DNA of 24,469 nucleotides from Promethearchaeota archaeon (GCA_048938445.1 JBHLME010000065.1:1-24469); one strand, 5' to 3'; positions 1-8,818 are shown, counted from the first letter of the stretch. The notes: generated from the sequence alone by a model not told the origin. A program made the numbers and translations.

Positions 1-333
1 AATTTTACAGGTGAAATGACATTTGAAAAAGTTTGGCAAATTAATGATATAATGGTAAGAATCCGTCGGGAATGTTTTTCTCAGACAGAGAAATATAATA
101 TAATGCAATTATTATGGAAAACTTCGGATTTTTCAGAATTCATTGAAGATGATATAAGTCCTGGAATTATAGAGGATTATATTTTAGAAGAACCTGATGA
201 AGAATTCAAGCAATTTGTAATTGAAAAATTAAGTGATGATAAATCCCAGTTTAATGTTGATAAATTAACTCGATTTGGAATGTCGGCGATTAAGAAAGCG
301 TTAAGTGTAATGGATAAGGAAGAGGAGGTTTAA
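1..333 (+). CDS. mre11: C-terminal part (5'-truncated) of probable Mre11/SbcD DNA double-strand break repair nuclease
   Basis: The frame is open from base 1 (AAT TTT ACA GGT GAA ATG...), so the 105-aa ORF is probably the tail of a longer gene. It has an acidic helical C-terminus and ends 7 nt before rad50 with a GGAGG SD inside its end. The nuclease motifs lie outside the window, so the call rests on synteny. Confidence 0.6.
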   Translation, partial: NFTGEMTFEKVWQINDIMVRIRRECFSQTEKYNIMQLLWKTSDFSEFIEDDISPGIIEDYILEEPDEEFKQFVIEKLSDDKSQFNVDKLTRFGMSAIKKALSVMDKEEEV

Positions 334-340
334 CATTAAA

Positions 341-2434
341 ATGAAAATAACAAAGCTTCAATTTAAGAATTTCATGGGATATCACAATTTAAATTTACCG
401 AAAAACGAAGAAATATTTCCAGAAGGTTTAATTGTTATTAGTGGAAGGAATTCGTATGGAAAATCGACAATTTTAGAAGGCATTTTATTTGCTTTTTTTG
501 GACCAAGTATATTTATTGGAAGAAAAGCAGATTCATTTATAACTTATGGTCAAGATCAAGCAGAACTTTATGTATTTTTTATTCTTGATAATATAAAATA
601 TTATATTTTTCGTAAATGGGGCAGGACTGGAAGTACAAGTATAAAATTATTCGAAATGGAAAAAAGGAGTAATAAATATCGGGAAATTAAAGATTTTAAC
701 CTAACAGAATTTTTTGAGATTTCAAAAGAACAGGCGTTAAATACTGTTTTTGTTCGACAAGGAGAAATAGAAGAATTAGCAAATATAAAGGGAGCTCAAC
801 TCAGAGATATGTTAATTAACTTATTTAGACTCGATATCATAGATGATTCATTAAAATATTTAGATCAGGAAATGAAATTGAAAAAACTAGAAAAATCAAA
901 AATAGAAAAAACTAAAGTACCAATTGAAAGAATAGAAGCAGATATTAATCGCGTTAAACAACAGGTTGAAAATGATACAAAGGAAGTTCAAAATAATAAA
1001 AGAAAGAAAAAAGATTTAGAAAAAGAATTAATGAGATATCCTCCTAAAAATTTAATTTCTGAATTGGAGAATCAATATAGAAATAAAGATATTGTTGAAG
1101 AAAAATATAAATCATATAAGCAGAATTTTGAATCAAAAATTCAACAATCTGGTTTTAATGTCAAGGATTTTTCTTCAATAGAGAAGATTGACCATACCCT
1201 AAGGTTAAAAGATAACGCAAAATCTCAATTAGAGGAAATATTAAGTGAATTAAATAAAAAAAAGCAAGCAACTATAAGAGGTAAAGGGATTACAAGAGGA
1301 AAAATAAATGATTTATCTGAAAACATAAATTTAATGAAAGAGAGTTTTTCTTTCGAGGAAAAAAATGGTAAAAGTAAAATAGCAAAGTGTCCAACTTGTC
1401 AGAGTGAGTTAACTAAGGAGCATTATGATGAAATGATGAAAAAATTTGAAAATGAACTCAAATTAAAAGAAAAAAAAATGGTTACAATAACTGAACTAAT
1501 AGAAGGTATAGAGATAGAAATTAAAGGTCATCAGGAAGAATTAGATAGCATCAAAAGACATATTGCTACTATTCAAGGACTTAAGTACGATTATTCAAAT
1601 TATCATGTTCATGAGAAAGAAGTAATGCAAATTCAACATGAAATTGATAAATTTATTAGAGAAAATAAAATTCTCTTTAAAGAAACAAATTCAAAATCAC
1701 TTAAAAGTCTTAGAGAACAATCAGAAAAGATTATTAATGAATTAAAATTAATAGAAAAAGATATTACCAAAAGAATTGAGGATATTGAATCAAATGAAAA
1801 GCGAATAAAAGAACTTACTAAAGAAATTGAAAAAATGAAAGAGTTAGAAAAAAAAATTGGTGATATTGAAATAGATCTTGAGCATTTCATAAAAGCAAAA
1901 GAGTACGTGCGTCGATTTGTCACTGAATATATGGTTGTAAAGCGTTTGGTTAAAAATATAGCATTAAAAACTGATAGATATATAAAAGATTTTACATCAG
2001 GGCAATATAGTGATTTAATTTTAGATTTATTTGGAACTAAAAAAACTGGTCTTTCTTTAAAAATAAAAGATCATTTTAATGGACAATATGAATCAATAGA
2101 AGTTTTATCAGGAGGAGATCGAACTGCTCTAGGAATCGCATTAAGATTGGCTATAAGTGAACTAATGAGCATCATTCGACCGACTAAAGAATCACCTAAA
2201 AAAAATCCCAAAATCAACTTTCTTTTATTAGACGAACCATTAGCGGCTTTAGATGAGAACCGTAGAGAGCGAATCTTAAAATATTTAATTAAATCTAAGA
2301 CCTTTTCTCAGATTTTCTTGATTACTCACACAGCAATACCACCAGATATTCAAACACATAAAATATTAGTAGAAAAAGACCATTCTAATGGTCAAAGTAA
2401 TGCCCGATTTGAAAGAAGTCAAATATTATATTAA
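341..2434 (+). CDS. rad50: Rad50/SbcC SMC-family ATPase (697 aa)
   Basis: Walker A GRNSYGKST, Q-loop VRQGEI, coiled coils, central zinc hook CPTC (aa 350-353), signature LSGGD, Walker B/D-loop LLLDEPLAALD, H-switch ITH. Confidence 0.92.
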   Translation: MKITKLQFKNFMGYHNLNLPKNEEIFPEGLIVISGRNSYGKSTILEGILFAFFGPSIFIGRKADSFITYGQDQAELYVFFILDNIKYYIFRKWGRTGSTSIKLFEMEKRSNKYREIKDFNLTEFFEISKEQALNTVFVRQGEIEELANIKGAQLRDMLINLFRLDIIDDSLKYLDQEMKLKKLEKSKIEKTKVPIERIEADINRVKQQVENDTKEVQNNKRKKKDLEKELMRYPPKNLISELENQYRNKDIVEEKYKSYKQNFESKIQQSGFNVKDFSSIEKIDHTLRLKDNAKSQLEEILSELNKKKQATIRGKGITRGKINDLSENINLMKESFSFEEKNGKSKIAKCPTCQSELTKEHYDEMMKKFENELKLKEKKMVTITELIEGIEIEIKGHQEELDSIKRHIATIQGLKYDYSNYHVHEKEVMQIQHEIDKFIRENKILFKETNSKSLKSLREQSEKIINELKLIEKDITKRIEDIESNEKRIKELTKEIEKMKELEKKIGDIEIDLEHFIKAKEYVRRFVTEYMVVKRLVKNIALKTDRYIKDFTSGQYSDLILDLFGTKKTGLSLKIKDHFNGQYESIEVLSGGDRTALGIALRLAISELMSIIRPTKESPKKNPKINFLLLDEPLAALDENRRERILKYLIKSKTFSQIFLITHTAIPPDIQTHKILVEKDHSNGQSNARFERSQILY

Positions 2435-2456
2435 GGATCATTTGATTGCCCTCAAG

Positions 2457-2471
2457 TTCTTTTTCTTTTTT
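2457..2471 (+). terminator. putative oligo-T terminator after rad50
   Basis: TTCTTTTTCTTTTTT about 22 nt after the rad50 stop; archaeal intrinsic terminators are T-tracts. Confidence 0.35.
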
Positions 2472-2518
2472 AAATAAAATATCAAAAACATTAAATATAA
2501 TGTGATAAGTGAAATACT

Positions 2519-3934
2519 ATGGCGAAAAAAAAAGCTCATTCAATAAATATTAACGGGGAGCAATTTAAATTACTCATGCAATCGATGACAATCACAAATT
2601 TAAAAGAAGTGATAAATCACTACAATGAAAAATATGTAGTAAATAACACCAAAACAGAAAAATTGAAGGGTTTTTCTTCTTTAAAAAAGGAGGAATTAAT
2701 TGATTTCATAGATTCTGCTATTAAAGATAAAGAAAAACAAGAACTATATAAGAAATTTGAACCTAATGTTACAAAAAAATTAGTTCAAGAAGCATTATCA
2801 TTAATTAGTGGAGAACATAAAGTAGAGAAGGTTCAACAAGCTTCAATAACACCTGGCGGCAAGGGATATAAAATTTGGTTTAAAAGTAAATATGGAATGC
2901 ATGAAACGTCCGTTGAAATTACGAATGATGGTGTAGAACGGAGTTGTGACTGTCGATTATCAAAATTAGGAGGTATTTGCATACATCAAATAGCAATTTA
3001 TTTGATGCTAATAAATAAGAAGGTTATAACGCTGTCAAACTTACCCTTTAAAGTAACTAAAAAGACTTTTGATCCTATTCAAAAAAGGTTAGATTTAATT
3101 GCTACCCAAAGTTTATTTAAAGAAGAACCTGCGATAATGCTTTCAAACGGATATAAGATATATGTTAACGGGGATATAGTAACTTATGAATGGACAGGAG
3201 ATTTTCCTGGAAAAAATACAAGAGATTTTTCAGTAGAGGATGGTGATGTTGATTCATGGATTTGTAATAAAATAGTTGAAGTAATGTTAAAACACATTAA
3301 AGTTAAGACAAAGGAAGGTACTCCCGAAAAGATTGTTATTGATTCTTATAGCGTGGTTGAAAAAATAATTGAAAGAGAAAATTTGGTAAAAAAAATTCTT
3401 AGAAAATTTAATGCCTTAGAAGATCCTTCATTACCATCAAATAATGAGGAATTAGAAGAATTTTTAAAAAGTGATCTAAAAGAAAGTGTTTCAGTAGTAA
3501 AAATGACACCACCATTTAAAGCTTATGATGGAAATGATCCATTTTTGTTTGTTAGTTATACTCATAAAGATAAACCTATTGTTTATCCTATTATAAAAAA
3601 ATTACATAAAAATGGAGTAAAAATTTGGTATGATGAGGGTATCCCTCTTACTACTGATTGGGGTGATATTTTAGGCCAGAAGATTATTGATTGTGATCTT
3701 TTCGTGTCATTCATTTCTCCTAATGTAAATAATTCTGATAATACTCAAAAAGAAATTAAATATGCATGCTTGAAGAAAAAACCATATATTTCAATCCACT
3801 TAGAAGAAACAAACTTAAATCCTGGAATAGAAATGATCTTGCAAGACATTCAAGGTATCCTGAAATACAAAATGGACGATGATACATTTTATAGCAAATT
3901 AATTGAAGAAATTAATCAACTACTACCATTATAA
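2519..3934 (+). CDS. HeH/Rho_N-like + SWIM zinc finger + C-terminal TIR domain protein
   Basis: N-terminal MTITNLKE...LKGFSSLKKEELIDFI resembles Rho_N/HeH. SWIM motif CDC-x8-CIH starts at aa 143. TIR_2-like domain FLFVSYTHKD...IWYDEGI...FVSFISP...QKEIKYA from about aa 331. Confidence 0.8.
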   Translation: MAKKKAHSININGEQFKLLMQSMTITNLKEVINHYNEKYVVNNTKTEKLKGFSSLKKEELIDFIDSAIKDKEKQELYKKFEPNVTKKLVQEALSLISGEHKVEKVQQASITPGGKGYKIWFKSKYGMHETSVEITNDGVERSCDCRLSKLGGICIHQIAIYLMLINKKVITLSNLPFKVTKKTFDPIQKRLDLIATQSLFKEEPAIMLSNGYKIYVNGDIVTYEWTGDFPGKNTRDFSVEDGDVDSWICNKIVEVMLKHIKVKTKEGTPEKIVIDSYSVVEKIIERENLVKKILRKFNALEDPSLPSNNEELEEFLKSDLKESVSVVKMTPPFKAYDGNDPFLFVSYTHKDKPIVYPIIKKLHKNGVKIWYDEGIPLTTDWGDILGQKIIDCDLFVSFISPNVNNSDNTQKEIKYACLKKKPYISIHLEETNLNPGIEMILQDIQGILKYKMDDDTFYSKLIEEINQLLPL

Positions 3935-3951
3935 TTTATTTGATGTTTTAT

Positions 3952-4917
3952 TTAAAAACCTAAAGCAAATAAAAGAAGACTTAATATATTAAAAACTATA
4001 AAGCCGATTAGATAATATACGGCCCAATATTTCCTTATTTTTTCATTTTTAATGTAATCATTAATATATAACATTATAGCAGGATATAGCCATATTTGAA
4101 CTCTAAATGGAGTGTATCCATTCCTGAAGATAATATTTAAGAAATTATTTTTAAAAAGTAGCTCCTCTCCTACTAAAGTCTGTGCACCACCGGCTCTTTC
4201 AATATATTGAATTATTAATTCAGGATAAATAATGAAAGGAACATTTGATACTAATAACCAAATGAAAAACATGCTAATGAAAATTAACTTACGATTTGAT
4301 TTAAAAAACAATAAGGGTAAAAAGATAATAAAAATTGGTTTAAATATTCCAAAAGCGATTATAAAACCGGCAAATATATTATACAAAATAATAGTTTGGT
4401 TTTTTGACGTATATTTGGATGAATATCCCTCATCCTTTTGAATTTTTTGGGCTTTATCTAAACAAATATAGCTTAAAAAACCACACGCTAATAATAGGGT
4501 GTCAGAATTTTCCGTATAAATCTCATTAACCATCCCTAATATTAAAACGAGTATGGCAAAAACTAATAATTCAAAAATATTACGCATATCTTTTGAAAAT
4601 AGAAGGGTTCTCCAGATTAATACAATAATAATTATTTTTAAAATGATCCATATGGCTACTCCATAATAAAAAGGTATGAATTTTATCCAGAAAAACTCAA
4701 CCACAAATGCAGAAGTATAAACATACCAAATATCATTATAAATCATGGGATAATTTTCAAAGACTTGTTTAAAAACATAAAAATCGCAAAATGGTCTAAC
4801 ACTTACGCTTGATTTAAAAAAAAATTCAATAATAAGTGAATATACTAGTGCTATAGAGATTGGGATTATTGGAAGAATTAATAAAAGTTTTTTTGTCTTC
4901 TGAGATAGATCATCCAT
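3952..4917 (-). CDS. polytopic membrane protein, GT87/DUF2029-like (GT-C fold) glycosyltransferase
   Basis: Multiple TM helices. DFYVF after the first TM, YVYTSAF, ENSD and GIFKP resemble GT87 conserved blocks. Confidence 0.55.
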   Translation of the reverse strand: MDDLSQKTKKLLLILPIIPISIALVYSLIIEFFFKSSVSVRPFCDFYVFKQVFENYPMIYNDIWYVYTSAFVVEFFWIKFIPFYYGVAIWIILKIIIIVLIWRTLLFSKDMRNIFELLVFAILVLILGMVNEIYTENSDTLLLACGFLSYICLDKAQKIQKDEGYSSKYTSKNQTIILYNIFAGFIIAFGIFKPIFIIFLPLLFFKSNRKLIFISMFFIWLLVSNVPFIIYPELIIQYIERAGGAQTLVGEELLFKNNFLNIIFRNGYTPFRVQIWLYPAIMLYINDYIKNEKIRKYWAVYYLIGFIVFNILSLLLFALGF

Positions 4918-5093
4918 TTTATGTAATAAGCCTCATTTAGAATATTTTATATTATTAACGACTTTAAATTAAATTTTCGAATAAATCATGGATAATATAA
5001 TTTTTATATAAACGTTGAATATAAGTTATTTGTCTTAATCCAAAGTAAAGAAATTGCATTTAAAATTAAAATTATATATTAATAGTTTCCATA

Positions 5094-5402
5094 ATGATTA
5101 TATTTGAATTAAAAGAGGAAGACTATGAAATTGTAGACTTAGATGATGAAGATGTTTCAATAAATTCACTATTGAGTACGGATAAAATTCTCTATTTCAT
5201 AGATTCAAGGAATTCTATAGTATGGGTATGGGAAGGAAAAAGTACGAATACTAAAATGAAGTTTATTGCTGCAAAAATTGCCTCCAATATTAGAGATAAG
5301 TACGGAATAACATATAATATATCTATTGTAGACGAGGATAATGAACCTGAAGAATTTTTAAGCATCATTGAAATCGAAGAAGAGGTCCCCATTAGTCAAT
5401 AA
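5094..5402 (+). CDS. single-domain gelsolin/villin-like protein (Asgard eukaryotic-signature family)
   Basis: LLSTDKILYFIDS...VWVWEGKST...KFIAAKIASNIRDKYG...IVDEDNEPEEF matches the gelsolin-repeat pattern (D..fild....iyvW.G.......E..E...F). Confidence 0.75.
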   Translation: MIIFELKEEDYEIVDLDDEDVSINSLLSTDKILYFIDSRNSIVWVWEGKSTNTKMKFIAAKIASNIRDKYGITYNISIVDEDNEPEEFLSIIEIEEEVPISQ

Positions 5403-5579
5403 AAAAGATATCTCTATCACTGAAGAAAATGTTAATATAAGGCTAATTCAATTTAGATTGTTAGAATATTTTATACTATAGAGATAAGAAACCGGAGCAA
5501 AACCATTTAAAGGTTTATTATAACTATTTTATTGTAATTTATTAATATTTCTTAATTATTAGTAAAAAAAAATATCAAT

Positions 5580-6566
5580 ATGACAGATAGTAAAATTCTT
5601 AAAAAACTTGAAAAAAAAGAGAATTTAGAAAAAAAAACGATACATGAGATTTTTGGAGCCCAAAAAGTTAAATTATATAAAATAAAACATTTCATGTTTG
5701 ATTTTGGAGGTGTTATGGTAGAGAGATCCTTCGCTTTTAAGAATTTTTTAGACATTATAAAACATGATCACATTATAAAAAAAGAGTTTCAGAATGACCA
5801 TAAATTTAAAGAACAGAGAAAAAAGCTCAGTGCAGGTGTAATTAATGCACGAGAATTATTAGAATTTATTTTTGAGGAGTATTATTATCCATACCAAAAA
5901 ATTGAAGGTTCTTTACCACCTAAAAAAATTAATATTGATTATTATCTAGAGTTATGGTTCCAATTATATTCTCGTTTTGTCCACTTATCTTCAGAAATGG
6001 AAGAAATTGTTACAAGATTGCATAAAGCAGGTTATATTGTTAGCCTAATCTCAAATACTTTTGATATTCATGCAAAATGCAATGAATTAAAAGGATTTTA
6101 CAAAATATTTGATCACGTGTTTTTATCTAATGAAATTGGCTTAATAAAACCGGATAAAAACAAATATCTACATGTTTTAGAAAATTTAGATGCTAAACCA
6201 AAATCTTGTTTCTTTATAGATGATAAACCAAGAAATCTCATTACTGCTAGAGAATTAGGAATAATAGTAATAAAATTTGAGTCCATTAAAAAATTCAAGA
6301 AACAATTATCTGAGTTAGGAATTGAAGAAATTAGCGAAAATTTAAGGGAAGAGATTCAAAATAAATACAAACAATATGAACAGAAAAAAAATGAATATAA
6401 AAAAGCGAAGAAAGAATACAAAAAAGTGAAGAAAAAGAAAAATACATTTTCAGGGAAAATTCATCATAAAATTAAAAAGAAAAAGTATGAAGAAAAGAAA
6501 ATTGAATATAAAGAGATGAAAGAAAAAAAAAAAAGAGATTTAGAAAGGAAATTCACACTTACTTAA
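5580..6566 (+). CDS. HAD-superfamily (subfamily IA) phosphatase with Lys-rich C-terminal coiled-coil tail
   Basis: Motif I FDFGGV, motif II LISN, motif III SNEIGLIKPD, motif IV FIDDKPRNL. Confidence 0.85.
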   Translation: MTDSKILKKLEKKENLEKKTIHEIFGAQKVKLYKIKHFMFDFGGVMVERSFAFKNFLDIIKHDHIIKKEFQNDHKFKEQRKKLSAGVINARELLEFIFEEYYYPYQKIEGSLPPKKINIDYYLELWFQLYSRFVHLSSEMEEIVTRLHKAGYIVSLISNTFDIHAKCNELKGFYKIFDHVFLSNEIGLIKPDKNKYLHVLENLDAKPKSCFFIDDKPRNLITARELGIIVIKFESIKKFKKQLSELGIEEISENLREEIQNKYKQYEQKKNEYKKAKKEYKKVKKKKNTFSGKIHHKIKKKKYEEKKIEYKEMKEKKKRDLERKFTLT

Positions 6567-6750
6567 TTAAAAAATTACAATTTACAATTAGGGGTATTAT
6601 TTTCTATTATTTTTATTTTTATAAGGTTCAGTTTCAATATTCAAGATAAAGATTTTTGAATATAAAATAATTCCCGTAATAAAAGGTATTAATAAATCAA
6701 CCAAAAATTAGATATATTAAATAATGGTAAAATATATTATAATATTTATC

Positions 6751-6769
6751 ATCTAAATAGTATTTAGAT
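6751..6769. promoter_or_regulatory. perfect inverted repeat, candidate operator upstream of DUF47-pit
   Basis: ATCTAAATA-G-TATTTAGAT (9-bp arms, 1-nt spacer), ending about 46 nt upstream of the DUF47 ATG. Confidence 0.45.
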
Positions 6770-6815
6770 ATAATCAAATAATCATTATTACATTAATTTG
6801 AAATCGGGAGATAAA

Positions 6816-7469
6816 ATGAACTTAAAAATTTTAAAACCAAAAAAAAATCCTTTAGATGAGATTAACAAGCAATATTTAACTGAAGCATCATATGCTATTG
6901 AAATTCTGTATAATGACATTAATGATTTATGTGAAGGGCATTTAGAAAAAGAGGATCTTGCTAAAGTTATTTCCTGTGAACAAAAATGTGACCGCTTGAA
7001 AGAAAAATATGTTGAAATTCTTTTTAAGAATAAAAGAGGTTTACCATTTTTAATTGAAGATCGTTATTATATAATAAATAAGATTGATAAAAAGATTGTT
7101 GGATTGTGTGAATTTGTTGCTAGATTCTTACGAGTTTTTCCATTTGAAATATATAAAGACTTAATAGATGAGATTAAAGCTATTAATCAAAAATTCTTCG
7201 ATTCAACAAGCGAATTGATTAAATGTTTAGATTTAATTGAGATGGATTTTAATTTAGCATATAAAAAGACATTTGAAATCGAGAGTATAAGGAGAGAGGC
7301 CCGTGAGATTAAATTTACCATAATGGAAATTTTATTTAAGAAAAAAGGTGATGATCTTCGGGTATACCTCACTAGCAAACTTGTTCAATATATTTATGAT
7401 ATTATCAATAATGCTGAAGAGATTTCGGATTACTTGAGAGGTTTAATAATTAAATATCCATCAAAATAG
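6816..7469 (+). CDS. DUF47 / PhoU-like phosphate transport regulator (Pit accessory protein)
   Basis: Helical protein with E..CD and EEISD motifs, directly upstream of pit. ATG at 6816 preceded by GGAG is preferred over the ORF-track TTG at 6798. Confidence 0.85.
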   Translation: MNLKILKPKKNPLDEINKQYLTEASYAIEILYNDINDLCEGHLEKEDLAKVISCEQKCDRLKEKYVEILFKNKRGLPFLIEDRYYIINKIDKKIVGLCEFVARFLRVFPFEIYKDLIDEIKAINQKFFDSTSELIKCLDLIEMDFNLAYKKTFEIESIRREAREIKFTIMEILFKKKGDDLRVYLTSKLVQYIYDIINNAEEISDYLRGLIIKYPSK

Positions 7470-7492
7470 TAAAATAAGGGAGAATTATACAA

Positions 7493-8500
7493 ATGAGTGG
7501 TGCTACTGCTTTTACTATTTTTGTAATATTCATTGTAATCTCATTACTAATTGCTTTTGCTATTGGAGCAAATGATGAGACGTTTGCTACAGTTTATGGA
7601 AGTAAAACACTTACTATAAGGGAAGTCATGATCTTAGCAACGATTTTCGCTATTTTAGGAGCCGTCATTCTTGGAGAAGCGGTGAGTGAAACGGTTGGAA
7701 AAGATATTCTGATAGTACCAAAAATTACAAATGCAATTACTATAACTGTTCTTATTTCTACAACTATATGGTTAATTACATCATCAGCTCTAGGATTGCC
7801 AATTTCAACAACTCATGCTACAATGGGAAGTATAATTGGTATTGGAATATTATATGGAATATCATATAATACAATAGGAATAAATTGGTTTTCAATATTA
7901 GAAATGAGCTTTTGGTGGATCTTATCACCAATAATTGGTTATGTTGTTACATTTGGTGCTTATAAATTAATCCATAAATACGTAATAAATAAGCTTCAAG
8001 GATTCAAACAATTTGAAAAAACAGAAAAGATATTTGCAATACTTTTACTACTAACTATTTGTTGGACTGCCTTTTCAAGAGCAGGAAATGATTGTAGTAA
8101 TGCGGTAGGGATAGTTCTTGGTGCATCTGAAGGTATAAGTAGCAATTTATACTTATTTTTGCTAATAATCGGATTTTTTTTTGCTATAGGAATAATATCA
8201 TTAGGAAGAGGATTAATAAAGAATGTTGGTACGATGACTGAGCTTCGACCCAGTACTGCTTTCGCAGCAGAAATTCCTACCACAATTATATTGTTTATTG
8301 GAACTTTACTTGGAATACCATTATCAGGTTCACACATGCTAGTTGCATCATTAATAGGGTTAGCTAAAGCTCAAAGTGCTCCAAAGAGTAAAAAATCGAA
8401 GAGAGTAATATTAATATGGTTTCTAACATTTCCAATGGCTGCAATTGTAGCAATAGTACTCTTTTTTCCAATAGATCTACTTTTAAGACCATTTACTTAA
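7493..8500 (+). CDS. pit: PiT-family inorganic phosphate transporter
   Basis: GANDE and GNDCSNA signature repeats, GLPISTTH and GIPLSGSH motifs, about 10 TM helices. Confidence 0.92.
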   Translation: MSGATAFTIFVIFIVISLLIAFAIGANDETFATVYGSKTLTIREVMILATIFAILGAVILGEAVSETVGKDILIVPKITNAITITVLISTTIWLITSSALGLPISTTHATMGSIIGIGILYGISYNTIGINWFSILEMSFWWILSPIIGYVVTFGAYKLIHKYVINKLQGFKQFEKTEKIFAILLLLTICWTAFSRAGNDCSNAVGIVLGASEGISSNLYLFLLIIGFFFAIGIISLGRGLIKNVGTMTELRPSTAFAAEIPTTIILFIGTLLGIPLSGSHMLVASLIGLAKAQSAPKSKKSKRVILIWFLTFPMAAIVAIVLFFPIDLLLRPFT

Positions 8501-8578
8501 TTTTTTACGAGAAATTTCTTTTTAGAATCATTTATTTTTCTAAAAATAATCAATTTATGACTTGCTTAAAAGAAAAAT

Positions 8579-8590
8579 AAAAAAAAAAAA
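8579..8590 (-). terminator. oligo-T terminator of the histone gene
   Basis: A12 run on + strand (T12 on -) about 12 nt after the histone stop. Confidence 0.5.
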
Positions 8591-8602
8591 TTAAATAAAT
8601 AT

Positions 8603-8818
8603 TTAAATATCCTTATCTTGAACGGTTTTTCTTCCATTAGCTTTAGCTCGAGCAATTGCCTTATCAAGAATGGAAATCATGATATCATTCAATGCCCCTC
8701 CATCAAGAATTCCACTAGAAGTATTGCATTCTTTACTTTTTATATATTCTCTAACCTTAGATTTTACAAAAAGAGAATCTCCTCCTGCTTTGGGAGCGGC
8801 TTTTTCTTTTTTCGCCAT
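8603..8818 (-). CDS. histone-fold protein, alpha3-truncated (face-to-face / bacterial-histone-like) type with N-terminal tail
   Basis: LFVKSKVREYIK...NTS...KAIARAKANGRKTVQDKDI contains the RKTV-xxx-D histone L2/alpha3 motif and ends right after it. ATG at 8818 preceded by AGGTTG is preferred over TTG at 8827. Confidence 0.85.
   Translation of the reverse strand: MAKKEKAAPKAGGDSLFVKSKVREYIKSKECNTSSGILDGGALNDIMISILDKAIARAKANGRKTVQDKDI

Noticed and set aside
5409-5486. Inverted repeat TATCTCTAT / ATAGAGATA about 60 nt apart (possible MITE or RNA stem)
   Set aside because: Only 9 bp, no target-site duplication, no second copy in the window and little internal pairing.
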